Under the pieces are notes generated by a model that was not told the origin of the DNA, ran no database searches, and saw only the letters and a program-made list of their open reading frames with translations. From Macrostomum hystrix (lineage: Eukaryota; Animalia; Platyhelminthes), in NCBI GenBank assembly GCA_950097015.1, contig CATNEN010000024.1:186001-250000 (forward strand): a stretch of 64,000 bases of DNA, given 5' to 3'. How positions within the stretch are numbered: position 1 is the first letter of the stretch; every line of letters begins with the position of its first letter. The translations under genes were made by a program, and so were the position numbers. Shown here piece after piece: positions 39,915 through 52,847 of the stretch.

Positions 39915-41538
39915 ATCTCCCAGTATCTCATCTCCCCAAGTGTCTCATCTCCCCGTGTCTCATCTCCCCGTGTCTCATCTCCACGTGTCTCATCTCCCCA
40001 AGTGTCTCATCTCCCCGTGTCTCATCTCCCCGTGTCTCATCTCCACGTTTCTCATCTCCCCGTGTCTCATCTCCCGTGTCTCATCTCCACGTTTCTCCTC
40101 CACGTGTCTCATCTCCCCGCGTCTCATCTCCACGTGTCTAATCTCCCCGTGCCTCATCTTCCCGTGCCTCATCTCCCCGTGCCTCATCTCCACGTGTCTC
40201 ATCTCCCCAAGTGTCTCATCTCCACGTGTCTCATCTCCACGTGTCTCATCTCCCCAAGTGTCTCATCTCCCCGTGTCTCATCTCCCCGTGTCTCATCTCC
40301 ACGTTTCTCATCTCCCTGAGTCTCATCTCCCCGTGTCTCATCTCCCCGTGTCTCATCTCCCCGTGTCTCATCTCCCCGTGTCTCATCTCCACGTTTCTCA
40401 TCTCCCCGTGTCTCATCTCCCGTGTCTCATCACCACGTTTCTCCTCCACGTGTCTCATCTCCCCGTGTCTCATCTCCACGTGTCTAATCTCCCCGTGCCT
40501 CATCTTCCCGTGCCTCATCTCCCCGTGCCTCATCTCCACGTGTCTCATCTCCCCAAGTGTCTCATCTCCACGTTTCTCATCTCCCTGTGTCTCATCTCCC
40601 CGTGTCTCATCTCCCCATGTCTCATCTCCCCAAGTGTCTCATCTCCACGTTTCTCATTTCCCCGTGTCTCATCTCCCCGTGTCTCATCTCCCCGTGCCTC
40701 ATCTCCACGTGTCTCATCTCCCTGTGTCTCATCTCCCCGTGCCTCATCTCTCCCGTGTCTCATCTCTCCCGTGTCTCATCTCCACGTTTCTCATCTCCCT
40801 GAGTCTCATCTCCCCGTGTCTCATCTCCCCTTGTCTCATCTCCCCAAGTGTCTCATCTCCACGTTTCTCATCTCCACGTGTCTCATTTCCCCGTGTCTCA
40901 TCTCCACGTGTCTTATCTCCCTGTGTCTCATCTCCCCGGGTCTCATCTCCCTGTGTCTCATCTCCCCGTGCCTCATCTCCCCGTGCCTCATCTCCACGTG
41001 CCTCATCTCCCCGTGCCTCATCTCCCCGTGCCTCATCTCCACGTGTCTCATCTCTCCCTGTGTCTCATCTCCCCGTGCCTCATCTCCCCAAGTGTCTCAT
41101 CTCCACGTGTCTCATCTCTCCCTGTGTCTCATCTCCCCGTGCCTCATCTCCCCAAGTGTCTCATCTCCACGTGTCTCATCTCTCCCTGTGTCTCATCTCC
41201 CCGTGCCTCATCTCCTTAAGTGTCTCATCTCCACGTGTCTCATCTCTCCCTGTGTCTCATCTCCCCGTGCCTCATCTCCCCGTGCCTCATCTCCACGTGT
41301 CTCATTTCCCCGTGTCTCATCTCCACTTGTCTTATCTCCCTGTGTCTCATCTCCCCGGGTCTCATCTCCCTGTGTCTCATCTCCCCGTGCCTCATCTCCC
41401 CTTGCCTCATCTCCACGTGCCTCATCTCCCCGTGCCTCATCTCCCTGTGTCTCATCTCCCCGTGTCTCATCTCCCCGTGTCTCATCTCCACGTGTCTCAT
41501 CTCCCCGTGTCTCATCTCCCCGTGTCTCATCTCCCCAG
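39915..41538. repeat. ~15-bp minisatellite (CCGTGTCTCATCTCC)n
   Basis: Read directly; unit nearly the same as the internal repeat of the MITEs at 59049 and 63709. Confidence 0.95.
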
Positions 41539-42399
41539 AGTACAATTTTAGAGTAGCCCTTTACTATGCATATTCTCCGAGAAGAAGACCGCACAAAGAG
41601 CAGGGAAATTTTTGTCCCTATCGTCAAACAAAAGGACAATGCTATAGCCAGTGGTCGCCGCACGTCACGTTTTTCATAGTTCGATACGAAGTAAAGTTTA
41701 TGTTTGCCCAGACAAAGTTGAGACACGAGTGGAACTAACACACGAGTTTGAGTCGTGATGTCTATTGGATTTAAGATAGTGTTTGCTTTGAACAGCGCGC
41801 AACAGTTAGAGTCGAGAAGTTTTATATAGTAGACTATCTAGAACTTTCAAAATTCAAAGTCTTGAAGAAATGAAGAAATGAAATTCTGTCAGTTATGCTT
41901 GAGTCTCTGTTTCTTGAATTACATACAAATATAATAGGCCTCACAGATGTCAAGGGTGCGTTTACGCCGAGGCAAGGAATTTTAAGTGTTCCCGTTTTTT
42001 CTCTCAACTCTAAGCTCTTTATCGGCTCCTGTGAACAGGCTTCTCTATTCCCACGAGTTCAAAGCAGTTTCTTCTTTTATTTGAGTTCTGCAATCAGAAA
42101 AAAACTGAGGATTGAATTGGGTGAAAGTGGTGAGAAAGGCAGCTTAGGTCACAAGTGTCAGCTATACTTAATTCGCTCTGCAATATCACATACTATTGTG
42201 TAGGCTTTACCGTCTTCATTCTCGTAGAAATGCGAACAGCTGTTTTTTTCTATTTAAACTCTCCCGAAAATGTTTTTATCGAAATGGCTTCACAACTGCG
42301 TCTCACTGAAAGTGAAAGTATACGAGGTAGAATATTGCATTTTACGACACTTCAATTCTGAATCACTTGAATGATTTAAGTAAATTAGCCTGCAATGTC

Positions 42400-43100
42400 C
42401 TCTACCCCTTCTGTTCTCCTTACCTTTCCTCTTTAACGTCCTCACATCTCTAACTGTCCTCTTCCCTCTTCTGTTCTCTTCCCCTACTAATGTCGTCTTC
42501 CCCAACTAATTTCCTCTTCCCCCTACTAGTCCTCTTCCCCCCACTAATGTCCTCTTCACCCCTCTACTGTCCTCTCCCCCCACTACTGTCCTCTCCCCCC
42601 ACTACTGTCCTCTTCCCCCTACTACTGTCCTCTTCCCCCTCTACGGTCCTCTTCCCCCTCTACTGTCCTCTCCCCCCACTACTGTCCTCTTCCCCCCCAC
42701 TACTGTCCTCTTCCCCCTCTACTGTCCTCTTCCCCCTCTACTGTCCTCTTCCCCCACTAATGTCCTCTTCACCCCTATACAGTCCTCTTCCCCTTCTACT
42801 ATCCTCTTCTCCCCACTACTATCCTCTTCTCCCCACTACTATCCTCTTCCCCCTCTACTGTCCTCTTCCCCCCACTACTGTCCTCTTCCCCCCACTACTG
42901 TCCTCTTCCCCCTCTTCCCCTCTACTATCCTCTTCCCCCCACTACTGTCCTCTTCCCCCTCTTCCCCTCTACTGTCCTCTTCCCCCATCTACTGTCCTCT
43001 TCCCCTCTACTGTCCTCTTCCCCCATCTACTGTCCTCTTCCCCTCTACTGTCCTCTTCTCCCATCTATTGTCCTCCTCCTCTCCTCCACTGTCCTTCCCT
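42400..43100. repeat. C-rich degenerate minisatellite (CTACTGTCCTCTTCCCC)n
   Basis: Read directly. Confidence 0.88.
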
Positions 43101-43714
43101 TCTATTTCTACTGTCCAAGCATCTTGGCAAATTCAATTCCTATTTTCATTCGTTCTTCCTCCGTTATAAAGCATTAAAATTTAACGAGCGTAATGATCTA
43201 TATAAGAATCCAAACGAATCCTAATAGACTTTCTCCAATATCGCTTAATTGTTGATGTTCAACAAGCATGATCAGGAACAATAAGAAACAACTGAAAATC
43301 ACTTAAACATGGACAGATAAAGGCCATACTCACTCATATTAGGCTCATAACTATAGCTACACGTGCTACATAGGCCCTGAGCCACGTGACTCCCTTCCAG
43401 TCCACAGTCCACCTGAACACGCTTCTTAACACGCGTGGCTTAAGCGATGAAATTGAACAGACAGACTGACCAATGCCGCATTCTGTTTCGCTTGAAATGC
43501 ACTGGACTACGACGTATATCATATACAAAAGAATCTAAGTGAAATTTTAATACCCAATTGTCTGTTTTTGTTTCACAGGTGTGTCGGATCACACCTGCAC
43601 AGCTATCCCGTTAAAATCACTCACTTCATTGAGTCTTGTGTTTTTGCCTCTGTCTGTTGGCCGGCCAGCAATCTCGTCTATAACGAAACTAACTCAAATG
43701 AACAGAGAAGGTAG

Positions 43715-46285
43715 GCTAATGACCAAAACACAAATGACCGAGCCCAAATGACAAAAAACACAAATGAGCATGGAGGAGATAGGCTAATGACCAAAACCCA
43801 AATGACCAGAGAAGAGGTAGGCTAATGACAAAAACACAAATGACCAGGAAAGCGGTAGGCTAATGAAAAAAACACAAATGACCAGGAAAGCGGTAGGCTA
43901 ATGACAAAAACACAAATGACCAGGAAAGCGGTAGGCTAATGACCAAAATCAAGATCACAAGGGAGAAGGTTGGCTAATGACCAAAACACTGATGACCAGA
44001 AAGAAGGAAGGCAAATGACCAAAACACTGATGACCAGAAAGAAGGAAGGCTAATGACCAAAACACTGATGACCAGAAAGAAGGAAGGCTAATGACCAAAA
44101 CACTGATGACCAGAAAGAAGGAAGGCAAATGACCAAAACACTGATGACCAGAGAGAAGGAAGGCTAATGACCAAAACACTAATGACCAGAGAGAAGGAAG
44201 GCTAATGACCAAAACACTGATGACCAGAGAGAAGGAAGGCTAATGACCAAAACACTAATGACCAGAGAGAAGGAAGGCAAATGACCAAAACACTAATGAC
44301 CAGAGAGAAGGAAGGCAAATGACCAAAACACTGATGACCAGAGAGAAGGAAGGCAAATGACGAAAACACTAATGACCAGAGAGAAGGAAGGCTAATGACC
44401 AAAACACTAATGACCAGAGAGAAGGAAGGCAAATGACCAAAACACTAATGACCAGAGAGAAGGAAGGCAAATGACGAAAACACTAATGACCAGAGAGAAG
44501 GAAGGCTAATGACCAAAACACTGATGACCAGAGAGAAGGAAGGCAAATGACGAAAACACTAATGACCAGAGAGAAGGAAGGCAAATGACCAAAACACTAA
44601 TGACCAGAGAGAAGGAAGGCAAATGACGAAAACACTGATGACCAGAGAGAAGGAAGGCAAATGACCAAAACACTAATGACCAGAGAGAAGGAAGGCAAAT
44701 GACGAAAACACTAATGACCAGAGAGAAGGAAGGCTAATGACCAAAACACTGATGACCAGAGAGAAGGAAGGCAAATGACGAAAACACTAATGACCAGAGA
44801 GAAGGAAGGCAAATGACCAAAACACTAATGACCAGAGAGAAGGAAGGCAAATGACGAAAACACTGATGACCAGAGAGAAGGAAGGCAAATGACCAAAACA
44901 CTGATGACCAGAGAGAAGGAAGGCTAATGACCAAAACACTAATGACCAGAGAGAAGGAAGGCAAATGACCAAAACACTAATGACCAGAGAGAAGGAAGGC
45001 AAATGACCAAAACACTAATGACCAGAGAGAAGGAAGGCAAATGACCAAAACACTGATGACCAGAGAGAAGGAAGGCAAATGACCAAAACACTAATGACCA
45101 GAGAGAAGGAAGGGCAAATGACCAAAACACTAATGACCAGAGAGAAGGAAGGCAAATGACGAAAACACTAATGACCAGAGAGAAGGAAGGCAAATGACCA
45201 AAACACTAATGACCAGAGAGAAGGAAGGCTAATGACCAAAACACTGATGACCAGAGAGAAGGAAGGCAAATGACCAAAACACTAATGACCAGAGAGAAGG
45301 AAGGCAAATGACCAAAACACTAATGACCAGAGAGAAGGAAGGCAAATGACCAAAACACTGATGACCAGAGAGAAGGAAGGCAAATGACCAAAACACTGAT
45401 GACCAGAGAGAAGGAAGGCTAATGACCAAAACACTGATGACCAGAGAGAAGGAAGGCAAATGACCAAAACACTGATGACCAGAGAGAAGGAAGGCTAATG
45501 ACCAAAACACTAATGACCAGAGAGAAGGAAGGCTAATGACCAAAACACTAATGACCAGAGAGAAGGAAGGCAAATGACCAAAACACTAATGACCAGAGAG
45601 AAGGAAGGCTAATGACCAAAACACTGATGACCAGAGAGAAGGAAGGCAAATGACCAAAACACTAATGACCAGAGAGAAGGAAGGCAAATGACCAAAACAC
45701 TAATGACCAGAGAGAAGGAAGGCTAATGACCAAAACACTAATGACCAGAGAGAAGGAAGGCAAATGACGAAAACACTAATGACCAGAGAGAAGGAAGGCA
45801 AATGACGAAAACACTAATGACCAGAGAGAAGGAAGGCTAATGACCAAAACACTGATGACCAGAGAGAAGGAAGGCAAATGACCAAAACACTAATGACCAG
45901 AGAGAAGGAAGGCAAATGACCAAAACACTAATGACCAGAGAGAAGGAAGGCAAATGACCAAAACACTGATGACCAGAGAGAAGGAAGGCAAATGACCAAA
46001 ACACTAATGACCAGAGAGAAGGAAGGCAAATGACGAAAACACTAATGACCAGAGAGAAGGAAGGCAAATGACCAAAACACTAATGACCAGAGAGAAGGAA
46101 GGCAAATGACGAAAACACTAATGACCAGAGAGAAGGAAGGCAAATGACCAAAACACTAATGACCAGAGAGAAGGAAGGCAAATGACCAAAACACTGATGA
46201 CCAGAGAGAAGGAAGGCAAATGACCAAAACACTGATGACCAGAGAGAAGGAAGGCAAATGACGAAAACACTAATGACCAGAGAGA
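43715..46285. repeat. 38-bp satellite (CAAATGACCAAAACACTAATGACCAGAGAGAAGGAAGG)n
   Basis: Period 38 (for example 44941 and 44979); two AATGACCA sub-repeats per unit; left edge diverged. Confidence 0.97.
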
Positions 46286-47299
46286 ACTAAGTAGATATTA
46301 CCGATTAAAATGATCAGTAAGGAAGAGAAAGAACTATAGAAATAATCATGTGTTTGTGTAAAATCTTATCAGATAGTATTTTAAGGCAACAAAAAAAGTC
46401 GGTGAATTTTAGGATTATGTATGTGTTACAACCAATTATGAATGGGATCAGAATACACAGAAAATATCCCAATATCAATTTTGTGTTTCATTGGACAAAA
46501 AACACAGGCTGAAATAAAATGCGGGCTGCAAGAATTAAGAATGAAATTGCCAGACAGAAGACGCGATGACGGCAAGGAGGCAAGGAGCGTGGTGGAAGAG
46601 GAGCAGCTGACGCAACTGGTCACGCAGAGCATGACATCAGGCGTTATATATATTTGGCCTAAAATTGAATCCGCTTACAGCCACTGAGCCTAGGCTGTAT
46701 TGATTCTCGATTTCTCTGTTGAAACTTGCGCTCGATTAAACGTTTAATTAAAAATCTAGCTACCCTCCCAATATGTGACGTCGAAATTGCAATCTTAAAA
46801 ACATAAAAGTTTTCCTACCATGATGGTAACCTGATATTTTTAACTGGTTAAAGAATAAGCAAGCTGTTGCAATATATATTGTTTTTTTTCTATTTTAGCC
46901 AGACCTCCCATTGTAAAGCGGTTTTTAGCCAAAAATATGCTTAGCTAGATTTGCAGCATTCGTTTTAGACTACTAGTAGTAGAATTGTAAGAAAACTGCG
47001 AAAAGTTCTAGAATTATTCCATTTCACTGCCATAGAAAAAACTAACCTTAGAAATGAAGAATGAAGCCGAAAAGCATTTACAAATCTGTTACTTTTATAC
47101 GTTTGTTTTTAAAATTCCAGCGCTTTAAAAATGCATTCTAAAATCAGCAACACAATTAAACAGACCAGTATATTTTTCTTTGTGCAAACTGCTTTTAAAC
47201 ATTTAAACTACAACTAGGATGCTGAAGAAACCAAAAGTACAATCGAGACAAATGACTGCAAATGGATGTGACAAGAAATTAAATTTTATTATTGACTAA

Positions 47300-49355
47300 C
47301 TAAAATGACCAGGGAGGGATAATGACTAACTAAAATCACCAGGGAGGGGCAATGAATAACTGACATGACCAGGGAGGGGCAATGAATAACTGACATGACC
47401 AGGGAGGGCAATGAATAACTGACATGACCAGGGAGGGCAATGAATAACTGACATGACCAGGGAGGCCAATGAATAACTGACATGACCAGGGAGGGGCAAT
47501 GAATAACTGACATGACCAGGGAGGGGCAATGAATAACTGACATGACCAGGGAGGCCAATGAATAACTGACATGACCAGGGAGGGCAATGAATAACTGACA
47601 TGACCAGGGAGGGGCAATGAATAACTGACATGAGCAGGGAGGGGCAATGAATAACTGACATGACCAGGGAGGCCAATGAATAACTGACATGACCAGGGAG
47701 GGGCAATGAATAACTGACATGACCAGGGAGGCCAATGAATAACTGACATGACCAGGGAGGCCAATGAATAACTGACATGACCAGGGAGGGCAATGAATAA
47801 CTGACATGACCAGGGAGGGGCAATGAATAACTGACATGACCAGGGAGGGCAATGAATAACTGACATGACCAGGGAGGCCAATGAATAACTGACATGACCA
47901 GGGAGGGCAATGAATAACTGACATGACCAGGGAGGGGCAATGAATAACTGACATGACCAGGGAGGGGCAATGAATAACTGACATGACCAGGGAGGGCAAT
48001 GAATAACTGACATGACCAGGGAGGGCAATGAATAACTGACATGACCAGGGAGGCCAATGAATAACTGACATGACCAGGGAGGGGCAATGAATAACTGACA
48101 TGACCAGGGAGGGGCAATGAATAACTGACATGACCAGGGAGGCCAATGAATAACTGACATGACCAGGGAGGGCAATGAATAACTGACATGACCAGGGAGG
48201 GGCAATGAATAACTGACATGAGCAGGGAGGGGCAATGAATAACTGACATGACCAGGGAGGCCAATGAATAACTGACATGACCAGGGAGGGGCAATGAATA
48301 ACTGACATGACCAGGGAGGCCAATGAATAACTGACATGACCAGGGAGGGCAATGAATAACTGACATGACCAGGGAGGGCAATGAATAACTGACATGACCA
48401 GGGAGGCCAATGAATAACTGACATGACCAGGGAGGGGCAATGAATAACTGACATGACCAGGGAGGGGCAATGAATAACTGACATGACCAGGGAGGCCAAT
48501 GAATAACTGACATGACCAGGGAGGGCAATGAATAACTGACATGACCAGGGAGGGGCAATGAATAACTGACATGAGCAGGGAGGGGCAATGAATAACTGAC
48601 ATGACCAGGGAGGGCAATGAATAACTGACATGACCAGGGAGGGGCAATGAATAACTGACATGACCAGGGAGGGCAATGAATAACTGACATGACCAGGGAG
48701 GGGCAATGAATAACTGACATGACCAGGGAGGGCAATGAATAACTGACATGACCAGGGAGGGCAATGAATAACTGACATGACCAGGGAGGGGCAATGAATA
48801 ACTGACATGACCAGGGAGGGCAATGAATAACTGACATGACCAGGTAGGGGCAATGAATAACTGACATGACCAGGGAGGGGCAATGAATAACTGACATGAC
48901 CAGGGAGGGGCAATGAATAACTGACATGACCAGGGAGGGGCAATGAATAACTGACATGACCAGGGAGGGCAATGAATAACTGACATTACCAGGGAGGGGC
49001 AATGAATAACTGACATGACCAGGGAGGGCCAATGAATAACTGACATGACCAGGGAGGGCAATGAATAACTGACATGACCAGGGAGGGCCAATGAATAACT
49101 GACATGACCAGGGAGGGCAATGAATAACTGACATGACCAGGGAGGGGCAATGAATAACTGACATGACCAGGGAGGGCAGTGAATAACTGACATGACCAGG
49201 GAGGGGCAATGAATAACTGACATGACCAGGGAGGGCCAATGAATAACTGACATGACCAGGGAGGGCCAATGAATAACTGACATGACCAGGGAGGGCCAAT
49301 GAATAACTGACATGACCAGGGAGGGGTAATGAATAACTGACATGACCAGGGAGGG
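47300..49355. repeat. 29-30-bp satellite (CAATGAATAACTGACATGACCAGGGAGGGG)n
   Basis: Period 30 with 1-bp G-run variants that cause the frame-switching spurious ORFs. Confidence 0.97.
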
Positions 49356-49536
49356 GTAAGGGGGCACAGATAGGCCTCAAGTGCTTAGGTAGGGGGGTAG
49401 CTAGCCAGAGAATGCAGGACAAAAAGTCTAGAGAAATCCCAACAGAACTCTTTTACAGTAGTTTGAACGAACATTAGTTACACAGTGAGTAATGCAAAGC
49501 ATACAAAAGACTTTCCCAATGGTGCAAAGTAAACAG

Positions 49537-50284
49537 TTAATTGTCAACCGACTGGTCGTAGGCCACTTGAATCTGATCCATCTTGTCGGCAAAATAGCGT
49601 TTGAACCACTCCAGGTGTTCGACCTTCTCAGCCACTGTGAGGTGGTGATTCTTGGACAGGCCGATGCAGACAGTCTCCATGAAGTGCCGCACGGGACCAG
49701 TCTTGGGCACCCAGTCCTGCAAGTGGCGCTCCAGCATGACGTGGCGCTGAAATGACAGCTGAGAATCTGGCTCTAGCTCGCAACCCTGCTCATTATCGAT
49801 GGGATAATGCCATAGCTTGCCCTCTGCGGTCAGCTGGATTAGCTCCTGCCAGGGATTGACAGCCGGCCTCAGAAACACTCGGGCCCAGTCGTTTCTGGCG
49901 CAAGCGTCGTAGGTTGGATTCAGCTGCTTAGCAACTGGCTGAGAGGCGGCTGAGTTCAACTGCTTCGGCGAGGCCGCCGGCTCCGTGACGCGGCCCCAGT
50001 GCTGAGAGCTGGCCGGCTGCTTCCTGTCGACCCTCTTCTTTGTCCTGTCGCTGGCGATGATCAGCTCGGCGTCGTCGGGCCGCAGATCCAGCGGGCTGAC
50101 GCCGGAGCGCAGAAATTTGGCATCGTCTGGCGTTAGGCTCAGGTGGCGCATGTTAGCCGCAGCCAGAGCTTCCGCTGCTGCAGCAGCCGCCGCGGCAGCC
50201 GCCTTTGCTTGATAGGAGGCCTCTGCGGCTGCGTCAACCACTGGGTCGTCCTGGCTAAGCGACTGTTCGTCCTTTTTAGCTGGC
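49537..50284 (-). CDS. MRPS31: Mitochondrial ribosomal protein S31 (mS31), last coding exon; 5' exon(s) not located
   Basis: C-terminal domain WQELIQLTAEGKLWHYPIDNEQG...FQRHVMLERHL...GPVRHFMETVCIGLSKNHHLTVAEKVEHLEWFKRYF matches the MRPS31 signature as recalled. Likely acceptor before 50284 (alternative 50279); in-frame upstream stop and no in-frame ATG before the exon. Confidence 0.87.
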
Positions 50285-52847
50285 CTGGCATGATGGAAGA
50301 CAGGAAAAAGACTATTGGTATTGCTAGCTTTTGGCCAATGCCCTCAACTGCCTACTCACAATAGCAAGTAAGGTCTGTCATTGCAAACAATAATTCATGC
50401 CAGAGTTAAAGAAGCAGCACTAACCTTATAGAATCCCATGTTAGCTTGTTTATGGGAAAAGTCTTGCCTTGTCTAGTGAAGCATCGATTTTGCACACCAG
50501 ATGCACATTTCGATTTCAATGAAGAGTGCATCAGAATGTCCAGGTGAGTTAGGCATCTTGAGAGGTACATTTCTATATCTGTAAATTATATATATGAGAT
50601 TATGAGGGCTCTAAATTTCCATGAAACAAAAAATGGTAACATAGGGACAATTTTCAGCATCTTAAACAATCATTCTATAATAACTGAATGAATATGCACT
50701 TACTAATATGTACCAGAAAATTGTTCAAGAAATCATTATAAACTGGATAGCAGGCTACTAGCTAGCTAGTTTAATGAATCCTTTTAGTAGGGGGCCTAGC
50801 TTTAGACAAAATGTGTCATATTTTTCTCATAAAAATTATATGTAAAAGTATAATGATTTTTCTTGTAACATGGCATACAAAAGAGCAACTAGCAGCTGAA
50901 TAGCTATCTTTACTTCTAAGGTCATGAACATAATCCATCTGTTGAGAGTTGCTTGTCCCAAAAATATGTGATTCTAAGGTTCATTAATGTTAAAGTACAA
51001 TAACTCTAAAACACCTTTACCCATTGAACTCAAGCCTAATATAAATAACAGAAAGTTCTATAAATTCTATTAGTATTTCAATATTTGTAGCCTTTTAAAT
51101 ACATAAAAGTATTTATGCATATCTTTAGGAAGGTAAAAGATTCTAAAGGAAGATGAAAGTTAAAATTGGCCACCATTAGAAATAGCTAAAGTATATAAAA
51201 TACTCAGACCATAGATATAAATTTTAATAAAATGTGAGACATGTTTTCTTACTGTATTTTTTGTGTTTTACCACATTTTTCTATGTTGCTAGACATGGAC
51301 ATAGCCATAGTATAAATGCATTTGTCATTGACTTATAAGCAAGAGCTAGATAATCTCAACTTATTAATGTTTAAAAAAATATATATAATGCCCAGGTTGG
51401 TTCAAGGTAAAGTGCAAAGGGTGGCTGGATCACTCCACAGCTTATTTTAGGCTTTTTAAGTTTGATATGTGACAATATTAGACAGTGAAAGGAGCAATAA
51501 TTAAAAATAATTTTAAGTACAACACAAGCATAAAAGTCTAGGGTGACTAATAAATCTGCTCTCTTTTATTGAACCAATAGGAAAACATAAAAAAAAATAT
51601 TTTTAGCAAAAATTATATATACTTTAGTCCATTAGGGAAGAAGCAATGTTTTTTTAGAGTAGTGTACTCTAGCAGTGGCATATACTGATATAGTTGCTCG
51701 ATACTCAGAACCAGCACAGTCATGAATCACTAGGCATAGGCCTACTTCATTAATTTTTTGACATAATATTTTTGTGCAGAAATATTTTGTTCCCAAATCG
51801 AACTAAATGATTGTATCGCTAAAGATGTTTTAAAAATAATTTTCAGAGGCTTTAGAATTATCAAGTTTTCAAATTTTCTAATAACTAAGCTAAAAATTAC
51901 TTTTCAAAATATTTTTGGATATGAACCATAGCGTATTATGCCATGTTTCTACTAGCATGTACATCATATGCAGCTATGTCCTATACCAACAAACAACAGG
52001 TGCTGAGGAGCGTGTGCGTCATAGATACCGATGAAGTCCTAGGAGTTACACTTACACGTCTTGTTGGCGTCAGGAGGATTGTCTACATAATTCAAATTTT
52101 CTAAGAAACAAGTGCTTAAGTGAAACAAGAACTGGTATTAGGTCTACTGCATTATCCTGGGATCAGTCAAACGCAATATTTTACTTTAAAGGCAATTTCT
52201 ACTAATAAAGATTATACAATATAGGCACATTTTGGGGAGAGTAAAAGTAAAAATATTTGCAGGAACCTTTGTGCTTTTAAATAGTGATTTTTTGTTAACT
52301 ACGCGGCCGGCGCGGCGTATAAATAGCCAAATAATAAATAGGGTACTTTGCGTTACTTGCGCTACTTGCACTAATAGGTAAATAGGCAATACGCTATCTG
52401 TTAATAAGACAGGCTTTCTTTGATTCGTTAAGTCTCTTATAGTATGTATGATGTATGAGTTTGCTATTCTTTATTGTGGGACTTTTTCACTATGTTTTTG
52501 TCTGTGGTCTGAACTCTGAATATAGGCCTACAGGCTTTATAAATTAAGGCACTTAGTGATTGTAAATAATTCTAATCTTACATTTATGTATATTGCCTCT
52601 CGTCATATAATAGTATTAGGCCTAACAGCTCCCGTCATAAGTGATTAGACAGTTTGTCATCTGAATAGCAATGCCTAACTTTCTATAGTTTTTCTATTGA
52701 ATAAGAGCAGGCTCACTAAATATAATGTTTTAGTTTCTCACAAACTTTAAATACTGCGAGAGAATGGTAAACAGCTTTTGTTTTCACATAGGTATTTTAT
52801 ACAGAGCAGAGCATAGTAAGATGTGTGAGAGTCCCACTTGAGTCAAT

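Noticed and set aside
43975-44140. CTGATGA-CCA-GAAA, resembling a minimal hammerhead ribozyme core in the 38-bp satellite
   Set aside because: The unit is A/G-rich with no complementary sequence for stems I and III, and GAAA becomes GAGA in most copies.
50290-50400. Short upstream MRPS31 exon using the GTGAGT donor near 50360
   Set aside because: One phase hits a stop; the other gives MTDLTCY with no mitochondrial presequence character. The 5' end is left unresolved.
50420-52840. Continuation of the fossil hAT transposase through the AT-rich region
   Set aside because: Only weak frame-mixed resemblances by eye; needs a profile-HMM or tBLASTn search.
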